64,000 bases of DNA from Salinispira sp. (lineage in GTDB: Bacteria > Spirochaetota > Spirochaetia > DSM-27196 > Salinispiraceae): contig OZ271918.1 of the NCBI GenBank assembly GCA_965602015.1, positions 224,001-288,000 on the forward strand. Reading direction: 5' to 3'. The notes under the pieces were generated by a model. That model had not been told where the DNA came from and made no database searches. It saw only the letters and a program-made list of their open reading frames with translations. Below are positions 57,126-64,000 of the stretch, in pieces. The number at the start of each line of letters is the position of its first letter. Position 1 is the stretch's first letter. The translations under genes and the position numbers were made by a program.

Positions 57126-58376
57126 ATGAGCGACGTTAAAACAGATACAGGGGCGCCTAGCGCCCCTTCTTCATTTATTGAGATACGGGATTTGTGGAAG
57201 GTATTCGGGCGGGATCCAAAAAGAATCCTCAGCGATAAATACCGCGACAAGGACAAGGACTTTATCCAGGAGAAAACCGGCTGCGTGGTCGGGATGAGGG
57301 AAGTTAACCTCGAGATAAAGAAAGGCGAGTTTTACATCATTATGGGATTGTCGGGCTCCGGCAAGTCCACCCTTATTCGCAATATCATCCGCCTGGTAAA
57401 TCCCACCTCCGGGAAAATCCTCATCGACGGTGATGATGTAACCGCAATGAATGAGGCCGAACTCCTCGATTTCCGACGTCACCGTTTTGGCATGGTTTTC
57501 CAGCACTACGGTCTAATGCCCCATTTGACGGTTCTTGACAACGCTGCGTACGGCCTGAAGGTCCGGGGTCTGCCCAAGGGCGAACAGCTGGCTAAGGCCA
57601 TGACATCATTGGAAACCGTCGGCCTCAAGGGGTGGGAGGATTATTATCCCGGCAGTCTCTCGGGAGGCATGCAGCAGCGGGTGGGAATTGCCCGGGCTCT
57701 CGCCAACGACCCCGACATCCTTTTAATGGACGAACCGTTCAGCGGCCTTGATCCCCTGATTCGACGGCAGATGCAGGATGAACTGGTTGAGCTACAGGAT
57801 CGACTGAAAAAAACGATTGTGTTTGTCACCCATGACCTTCACGAAGCCCTCAAGCTCGGAGACCGGATCGCCATCATGCGCAACGGCGAAACCGTGCAGA
57901 TTGGTACGCCTGAGGAAATCGTGACAAAGCCCGCAGACGACTACGTGCGGGATTTCGTCCAGGATGCCTCACCGGCCAAGGTGATTACCGCAGGCAGCAT
58001 TATGGACAGCCCAAAGGTTCTGCTCTACGCCTGGGAGGGCCATGCGACGGCCCTCACCATTCTTCAGCAGGAAAACCGGCCAGGCGCCTTCGTGGTCAAC
58101 AAGGAAGGGAAGTTGCTGGGCGCAGCCAACCGCGAACGCCTGCAAAAGTACCTCGATGACCCTGACAGCGACAAAAGCGCCAAGCTCGCTTCCCCGGTGG
58201 TGAGGGAAATACCGACGGTCAGCGAAGACACGGTTTTGGAAGACCTATTCAGTATGGTCTCGAAACATCCCTACCCCGTGCCGGTTGTGAATGAAAAGGG
58301 CAAGCTGTTGGGCATCGTAAAAACCGATGATATTTTCGAAACCATCAGTCCTATGGGAGGTGAAGATAATGTTTGA
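57126..58376 (+). CDS. proV: Glycine betaine/proline ABC transporter ATPase with CBS domains
   Basis: GLSGSGKST, LSGGMQQRVG, LMDEPFSGLDPLIR, FVTHDL; C-terminal CBS pair. Confidence 0.92.
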   Translation: MSDVKTDTGAPSAPSSFIEIRDLWKVFGRDPKRILSDKYRDKDKDFIQEKTGCVVGMREVNLEIKKGEFYIIMGLSGSGKSTLIRNIIRLVNPTSGKILIDGDDVTAMNEAELLDFRRHRFGMVFQHYGLMPHLTVLDNAAYGLKVRGLPKGEQLAKAMTSLETVGLKGWEDYYPGSLSGGMQQRVGIARALANDPDILLMDEPFSGLDPLIRRQMQDELVELQDRLKKTIVFVTHDLHEALKLGDRIAIMRNGETVQIGTPEEIVTKPADDYVRDFVQDASPAKVITAGSIMDSPKVLLYAWEGHATALTILQQENRPGAFVVNKEGKLLGAANRERLQKYLDDPDSDKSAKLASPVVREIPTVSEDTVLEDLFSMVSKHPYPVPVVNEKGKLLGIVKTDDIFETISPMGGEDNV

Positions 58377-59247
58377 GTTTCCGGAAGTAATCCGCCTTCC
58401 CCTACGCGACGGAATCGATGCAATCATGAGCTGGCTTCTACAGAATCTTGATGGCTTCTTCGATGCCATCGGCTGGGTCATCCTGCAGGTCATGAATCTC
58501 TTTGAGGCGATCTTTACAACGATTCCCTGGTTCATCCTGATAATTGCGGTGTTTTTCGCAGCATGGAAGATGATGAAGACCCTTCGTACCGCCATCGTCC
58601 TGTCGTTGATGCTTCTATTAATCGGTACTTTCGGGTATTGGGAAATGGCCATGCAGACCCTCGCGCTGGTTTCCGCAGCGGTTCTCTTTTCGCTGCTCAT
58701 TGGGGTACCCACGGGCATCGCCATGGCCCAGAGCGACCGCGCAGAATCTGTCATTAAACCCATGTTGGACGGTATGCAGACCATGCCGAGTTTCGTCTAT
58801 CTAATCCCGGCACTGATGTTTTTCGGCCTTGGGAAGGTTCCTGCCATCATCGCTACCATAATCTATGCAGTGCCGCCGGTTATTCGGCTCACCAATGTCG
58901 GTATCCGAACCGTGGACCGAGAAGTGGTTGAAGCCGCCAAGGCCTTTGGAGCGGAGAAAAAGCAGGTCCTGTGGGATGTGCAACTGCCACTCGCCCGACC
59001 GTCAATCATGGTCGGCATCAATCAAACGACCATGATGGCTCTCGCCATGGTGGTAATCGGCTCTATGATCGGCGCACGCGGACTCGGTATGGAAGTTCTT
59101 TTATCCATCAACCGCATTGAAGTCGGACGGGGCTTCGAAGCAGGTCTGAGCATTGTGTTTCTGGCCATCGTCATCGACCGACTCACCTTTGCAATATCCA
59201 AAACCGGCAATAAAACCGGCAACAAAAACAGCGGCAGAGAGAGTTAA
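58369..59247 (+). CDS. proW: Glycine betaine/proline ABC transporter permease
   Basis: LDGMQTMPSFVYLIP, EAAKAFG, GINQTTMMALAMVVI.SMIGA.GLG. Confidence 0.92.
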   Translation: MFEFPEVIRLPLRDGIDAIMSWLLQNLDGFFDAIGWVILQVMNLFEAIFTTIPWFILIIAVFFAAWKMMKTLRTAIVLSLMLLLIGTFGYWEMAMQTLALVSAAVLFSLLIGVPTGIAMAQSDRAESVIKPMLDGMQTMPSFVYLIPALMFFGLGKVPAIIATIIYAVPPVIRLTNVGIRTVDREVVEAAKAFGAEKKQVLWDVQLPLARPSIMVGINQTTMMALAMVVIGSMIGARGLGMEVLLSINRIEVGRGFEAGLSIVFLAIVIDRLTFAISKTGNKTGNKNSGRES

Positions 59248-59271
59248 TCCGGCGTTGCTGTTACCACCTAC

Positions 59272-59305
59272 AACCGCCCTCCGGTTCCGGAGCGGCGGTT
59301 TTTTT
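59272..59305 (+). terminator. Rho-independent terminator of the ProU operon
   Basis: aaccgcc-ctccgg / ccggag-ggcggtt stem followed by a T run. Confidence 0.85.
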
Positions 59306-59476
59306 AGTATACGGCGATCCGACGCTTGCGCGATCCCTCGAGTTTTTCTATGCTTTTCCCAGCTTGTAATACCATGGAACCGCTAAATGTCGCCAATTGC
59401 CCCATCCACGCCCCGGGATCGGATATTGATAGAGTATTTACGCGGTACAACGTCGTTGGTACGAAGATCAGAGAGC

Positions 59477-59515
59477 AAAATCAGCTGTTTTGGGGGCACG
59501 CCAGTTTTGGGGCAC
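59477..59515 (-). repeat. Solo copy of the dispersed terminal repeat plus a partial tandem duplicate
   Basis: aaaatcagctgttttgggggcac (59477-59499), then gttttggggcac (59504-59515). Confidence 0.82.
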
Positions 59516-59539
59516 GCCACGAGTACACAGGAGTCTGCA

Positions 59540-60613
59540 TTGGGAAAGGAAGTCAGGGCGGTAGATGCGCGATATTTGGAAAAGATCCAGAGAAAACTGC
59601 AGAGGAGAATGCAATCAGGCAGCTTCAAGGTTCATCTCACTGCCTTTTTAGGTGTTAACGGCCTGCTCTTCCTCACCTGGCTGCTCACTCCGGGTATTCA
59701 TCCCTGGTTTCTCTATCCTGCCGGAGCCTGGGGTATTGGCCTGGCCCACCATTTTACCTCCCGCCTCAATCTAAAGAGAAGTTGGGAGGTCTTTTCGAAG
59801 CTGCCAAATCTCTCGAAGCCGACGGTGAAAAAAGTCAGGGCTATTCTGGCTAACCGCGGTGCCTTCAGGCAGCACGCCACCGCCGTGCTCGCCACTTCCG
59901 GTTTTCTGGGGATGATCAATGCCATTACCACTCCCTTTGGTTTTCAATGGTGGTTAATTCCCGGCGCAGCCATGGGAATGGGGCTGCTGATTCATCACAG
60001 CGCTGCCAGCCACCGGCGAAGAATAATGGAAATGGAACTTAAAGAACTCGAACAGGGAGCGGGAATCCCCGAGCTGATGACGCTGCCGGGGAGCGGGCAG
60101 GATACAGATGAAGCCCGGCGTCTGGTAGATGCCATCAGCGCTCAAATACGTTCCCGACCAGAGAGCTTTCCCGTCGACAGTGAGATGATTCTTTCCGATC
60201 TTCAGCGTTACCTCAAAGGCTACGATGATCTGGGTATTCGCAGAGATGAGCTGAGGAGCCTGTTAACAAGTCACTCAATAGACGCTCTCAGGCAGGAGCG
60301 CCGCGAGCTTCAGGCCAGCCTCGAAGAACAACCGCCTTCCGAAATCGCCGCGGAATACCGCCGGGGTATAGAAGCCCTGGAAAAACAGCTATCGACCCTG
60401 GAGGACCTTGCCGGGAAGCTGGAGGTGATCGAGTTGCAGCGCAGGACGCTCATCAATTCCTTGAGGCAAATACATCTCGACATTACCCGCTATCAGAGTA
60501 AAACCATCGACAAGCATCTTCCGGATATCCAGAAAGTGCACCGGGGACTTGATGACATATCGCGCTACCTGGAGGATTTTGAGAACAGTTACCGGGAAAT
60601 ATCAAAGTCCTGA
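59540..60613 (+). CDS. 2TM-domain membrane protein with C-terminal coiled coil
   Basis: Two F..H....VN...W...P..WG.GL..H (2TM-like) units; TTG 59540 follows AGGAG (start inferred). Confidence 0.72.
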   Translation: MGKEVRAVDARYLEKIQRKLQRRMQSGSFKVHLTAFLGVNGLLFLTWLLTPGIHPWFLYPAGAWGIGLAHHFTSRLNLKRSWEVFSKLPNLSKPTVKKVRAILANRGAFRQHATAVLATSGFLGMINAITTPFGFQWWLIPGAAMGMGLLIHHSAASHRRRIMEMELKELEQGAGIPELMTLPGSGQDTDEARRLVDAISAQIRSRPESFPVDSEMILSDLQRYLKGYDDLGIRRDELRSLLTSHSIDALRQERRELQASLEEQPPSEIAAEYRRGIEALEKQLSTLEDLAGKLEVIELQRRTLINSLRQIHLDITRYQSKTIDKHLPDIQKVHRGLDDISRYLEDFENSYREISKS

Positions 60614-60647
60614 TTCGCGCTGTGGATTTTTAGAGTCTTGGTGCTGG

Positions 60648-61754
60648 CTAAGGTATAAGGACGATTTTTCCTACATGCTCCCGCTGAAGCAGTAGCTTCT
60701 GCGCACTGACAATCTGCTCCAAGGGTAATGTGGCGCATACCCTGGGACGGATCTCCTCCGATTCGATATACCCGACAAGATTGGGAAAGACTTCCGGATC
60801 CCATGCGGTGGTGCCGATAATGCGAAGGTCCTTAAGGTAGATGTCCCGCAGATCGCTTTGCACTAGCGGTCCGGCTATTGCACCCGAACTGACCATTCGC
60901 CCGCCCCGTCGCAGCAGCATAGTGTTTTTTTCAAATTCCGGGCCCCCGACGTTGTCGACGATCAGGTCGGCGGTCTCGCTTCCAAGGATTTCGAGGAGGT
61001 CTTCATTCCTGCTGATTACCCGGTGGGCTCCGAGGGACCGGACTGATTCAATTTTACCAGGACTGGTGACTGCCACCACCCTGGCGTTGCGGCGCAGTGC
61101 CAGGCTAATGGCCGCAGAACCAACACCGCCGGAAGCACCTTTGATGATAACCGTTTCTCCTGCCCGGGGTCCCGCCCGGTGAAGCATGTTTTCCGCGGTC
61201 CCCCAGGCACAAGGCATGGCGCCTAATTCTTCATTGCTGAATGAAGAATCCACCGGAAAAACTTCGCTTGTCGGAGCCAGCACATATTCGGCAAAGGCGC
61301 CGTCAAAATCCGAACCCATCCATACGGTAACCTGAGAATCAAACCCGCGGCTGCGCATGCAGGATCTGACAAGAACTCGGTCGCCAACGCGAGGCTGTCG
61401 GCGGCCTGGGCTGGTCGGGGTTGGGCTCCGGCTGTGCTCATCCGATGCTTTAAAGCCCGAATAGATATCTACCACTTCTCCGCAGCAATCTGTCCCCTGG
61501 ATGAAGGGAAAGGGCGTAGGGGCGGACCAGCCGCCGTCCGCCGGGGCTCCTTTCTGCCTACTCTTCCCGTTTTCATCGGTTCCCGAGGAAACCTGGGAAG
61601 AGTACCAGCCGAGGCGGGTATTGATTTCCGTATTGTTGACCCCCGCAGCCAGCACGCGAATCAGCGTCGTACCGGGAAGGAGACGGGGAACCGGCACATC
61701 CCGGTACTCCAGCTTGTCAAATCCGCCGCCTTCCCGGGTTACCACTGCCTTCAT
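60648..61754 (-). CDS. Zinc-binding alcohol dehydrogenase/quinone oxidoreductase (MDR) family protein
   Basis: MKAVV, AAGVNNTEI, P.IQG.D..G.V, DGAFAEY, GASGGVGSA, GKIVL. Confidence 0.88.
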   Translation of the reverse strand: MKAVVTREGGGFDKLEYRDVPVPRLLPGTTLIRVLAAGVNNTEINTRLGWYSSQVSSGTDENGKSRQKGAPADGGWSAPTPFPFIQGTDCCGEVVDIYSGFKASDEHSRSPTPTSPGRRQPRVGDRVLVRSCMRSRGFDSQVTVWMGSDFDGAFAEYVLAPTSEVFPVDSSFSNEELGAMPCAWGTAENMLHRAGPRAGETVIIKGASGGVGSAAISLALRRNARVVAVTSPGKIESVRSLGAHRVISRNEDLLEILGSETADLIVDNVGGPEFEKNTMLLRRGGRMVSSGAIAGPLVQSDLRDIYLKDLRIIGTTAWDPEVFPNLVGYIESEEIRPRVCATLPLEQIVSAQKLLLQREHVGKIVLIP

Positions 61755-61815
61755 TATCTCACCCTGACCTGCCTCAAACCGTCGGGGATCCGGGGGCAGG
61801 GCGAGGGGAAAGTCT

Positions 61816-62847
61816 TCAGTCCACATAGTACATTTCCTGCGATCCGGCCCCTTTGACATCGGTTTTTCCCCGGGGGCTGCAGGAAATCTCGTCCCGGACC
61901 AGTTTCCATGTAGACTCCGAGAGATTTATCTTCATGGGGCTCGATCCGGCTTCCATTCGGCTGGCGATATTCATGGCGTCGCCGAAAATATCGTATAGAT
62001 ACTTTTTCACTCCGACGATGCCGCCGATCACGTCTCCGCTGTTAATGCCGATGCGTATTTGCCAGTTGCAGTTCGCCGGGCTTTTGCGTGTGGAAAGATA
62101 GTCGATCATGTCTCTGCCGGCCTGTACAAGCCTGATGGCATGGTCGGGCGTCGGAGGGTGCATGCCGCAAACCGCAAGGTAGGCGTCGCCGATTGTCTTG
62201 ATTCGCTCGCAACCCCTTCGCTCCATAATCTCGTCGAAGGCCGTGTACATATCATTCAATTCGTCTATGAGGGTGCGGGGATCCAGCCCGTTGGTAACCG
62301 GCGTAAAGTCCACGAAGTCGGAGAACAGAATGCTCACATTTTCGAAGAGCTGGGGTTCTGCCTTGCCTGATTCCCTCAACTGGCGGGCGACTTCCGACGG
62401 CAGCACGTTGAGTAGCAGGCGCTCCGCCGCCGCCCGCTGAGCGTCCACTTCCGCCAGGGCGTTTCGAAGCCGCACATGGGTGCTGACCCGGGCGATCACC
62501 TCTTCTTCCCTGAAGGGCTTGGAAACGTAATCCACGGCCCCCGCCTTAAAGCCCCGGACCTTGTCATCGGTATCGCTGAGGGCGGAGATAAAAATCACAG
62601 GGATCTCCTGTGTGGATTCCCTTTCTTTAAGTTTGCCGATGGTCTCGAATCCGTCCATCTCGGGCATTTTAATATCGAGGAGGATAAGGTCGGGCTGGGC
62701 TTTCTCGGCTATTTCCAGGGCCCGGCGGCCATTTTTCGCCTGAAGGGGATAAAATCCGTTCTCCGTCAATGTTTCCGAAAGCACTTTTAGGTTTTCTTCA
62801 ATATCATCAACCACCAGAATGCGCGTCTTTTTGTCATCCATAGTCAA
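61816..62847 (-). CDS. Response-regulator adenylate/guanylate cyclase (REC plus class III cyclase)
   Basis: ILVVDD, LLDIKMP, KPF; LFSDFVDFT, IKTIGDAY, RIGINSG, YDIFGDAMNIASRME. Confidence 0.92.
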   Translation of the reverse strand: MTMDDKKTRILVVDDIEENLKVLSETLTENGFYPLQAKNGRRALEIAEKAQPDLILLDIKMPEMDGFETIGKLKERESTQEIPVIFISALSDTDDKVRGFKAGAVDYVSKPFREEEVIARVSTHVRLRNALAEVDAQRAAAERLLLNVLPSEVARQLRESGKAEPQLFENVSILFSDFVDFTPVTNGLDPRTLIDELNDMYTAFDEIMERRGCERIKTIGDAYLAVCGMHPPTPDHAIRLVQAGRDMIDYLSTRKSPANCNWQIRIGINSGDVIGGIVGVKKYLYDIFGDAMNIASRMEAGSSPMKINLSESTWKLVRDEISCSPRGKTDVKGAGSQEMYYVD

Positions 62848-64000
62848 GCTCCCCCGATGTGATCGAGAATTTTTACAAGCCCGTCTTCATTAAAACCTCC
62901 AGCGAGCTGCCCAATTCGGTTCAAAAGATCTTCAGCGCCTGGGGCGTCCTGTTCATCAACCCACTGACGGATGCGGGTAAAATCATTAATCACCAGGGCA
63001 TCGGAAAAAATCTGTATCTGCTCATCGGGGATCAGCGCAGCCATTTGCCGGATATCTTCAGCTTTGAGCATACGGTCGGTTTTCCCCATATTCTCGGCAA
63101 GCTCTTCCCTGGCAAAGCTGAATCGGATGTCGCTGTGCTCTTCTATCAGGTTGAATAGCTGCTTCTGTTGGAACGGCTTTGCGAGAAAACCGTCAAAGCC
63201 GGATTCGCGGATCCGCTGCTCATCGTGCTTGAATGCGCTGGCGGTCAAGGCAAAGGTGACGATGTCCGCGGTCCGGGCATCGTCTTTTAAGACCCGGACA
63301 GCCTCATAACCGTCCATTACCGGCATTTTTATGTCCATAAAAATCACTTCCGGTTGATGTTCCACAGCCCGCTGGACCGCCTGCTCACCGTTCTCCGCTT
63401 CCATCACCGTAAAGCCGACTTTCTCGAGCATCTCTTTGAGAATAAGGCGATTGTCAGTTTTGTCATCGACAACCATGGTTTTCGGGTGCCTTCCGCCGGC
63501 CACGGACTCGACTTTTCCGCTATCCACCGGAGCTTTCGGGACCCCGCTGCTTGTTTTGAGCGGCAGACTGAAACTGAACGTGCTCCCGTTGCCAGGGGCT
63601 GATTCCAGGCTCAGGGTGCCTCCCATCATCTCGATGAAGCGGCTGGAAATGGCAAGGCCCAAACCTGTTCCGCCTTCGTGGTCGCTGTCCGAGGCCTGGG
63701 TAAATGGCTTGAGTATCTGCTTCTGGTCCTCCGGGGAGATGCCCTTTCCGCTGTCCTTGACGGAAAACCGTATACCTCCGGAATCTACTCCAACCGCGAC
63801 GGCGATGCCGCCGTCTGAGGTAAACTTCACCGCATTACCCAGTAGGTTGATCATGATTTGCCGCAGTTTACCCAAATCTCCGCTGACGTTTTGCGGCAAA
63901 TCGCCTATATATTCCACATAGAAGGACAGGTTCTTCTGTCGGCATTTTATGGAAAACATATCTTCCATATCCGTGACGAAGTCCCGAAGGTTGAACACCG
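62844..64000 (-). CDS. Hybrid sensor histidine kinase, C-terminal part (HATPase plus REC); 5' end is outside the window
   Basis: NLLGNAVKFT, DSGKG, GTGLGL, G.GSTF; REC with VVDD, FMDIKMP, KPF. Confidence 0.9.
   Translation of the reverse strand, partial: VFNLRDFVTDMEDMFSIKCRQKNLSFYVEYIGDLPQNVSGDLGKLRQIMINLLGNAVKFTSDGGIAVAVGVDSGGIRFSVKDSGKGISPEDQKQILKPFTQASDSDHEGGTGLGLAISSRFIEMMGGTLSLESAPGNGSTFSFSLPLKTSSGVPKAPVDSGKVESVAGGRHPKTMVVDDKTDNRLILKEMLEKVGFTVMEAENGEQAVQRAVEHQPEVIFMDIKMPVMDGYEAVRVLKDDARTADIVTFALTASAFKHDEQRIRESGFDGFLAKPFQQKQLFNLIEEHSDIRFSFAREELAENMGKTDRMLKAEDIRQMAALIPDEQIQIFSDALVINDFTRIRQWVDEQDAPGAEDLLNRIGQLAGGFNEDGLVKILDHIGGA

Noticed and set aside
14274..59515. Recurrent ~20-bp repeat as a CRISPR array
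   Set aside because: Copies are dispersed or inverted rather than direct repeats with regular spacers, and no cas genes are present.
59387..59539. N-terminal extension of the 2TM protein in the ORF track
   Set aside because: It runs through a repeat copy; a TTG with AGGAG at 59540 is a more plausible start.

Overview
This window is mostly chromosomal housekeeping DNA, probably from a free-living spirochaete (inferred from the class I LysRS, the MoxR/Bat operon and a stand-alone DbpA-domain protein). It encodes TCA enzymes (sucB, lpdA, gltA, fumC), Trk K+ uptake, lysS, rpiA, rubrerythrin, era, clpP, purC, SMUG1 with DNA polymerase II, argJ, a Bat operon, infA, a DksA-like protein, cysK/metY, a MarR-regulated ProU-type transporter and several signalling proteins. 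The main result is two near-identical 1305-bp IS110-family (IS1111-type) elements in inverted orientation (12969-14273 + and 54058-55362 -). Both are inserted at the same AG^TG position in the tip of a dispersed ~20-bp repeat, GTGCCCC(C/G)AAAACAGCTGAT, which occurs 7 times here; two inverted pairs form ~144-bp MITE/REP-like elements. The non-coding region after the recombinase gene folds by eye into a stem-loop. Its internal loop carries short segments matching both sides of that target, and further segments match the predicted circle (donor) junction. This looks like a readable bridge/seek-RNA guide programmed against a host repeat family. A TTGCGG-N18-TATGAT promoter would form only on circularisation. 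All structures were derived by eye; no folding or database search was run.
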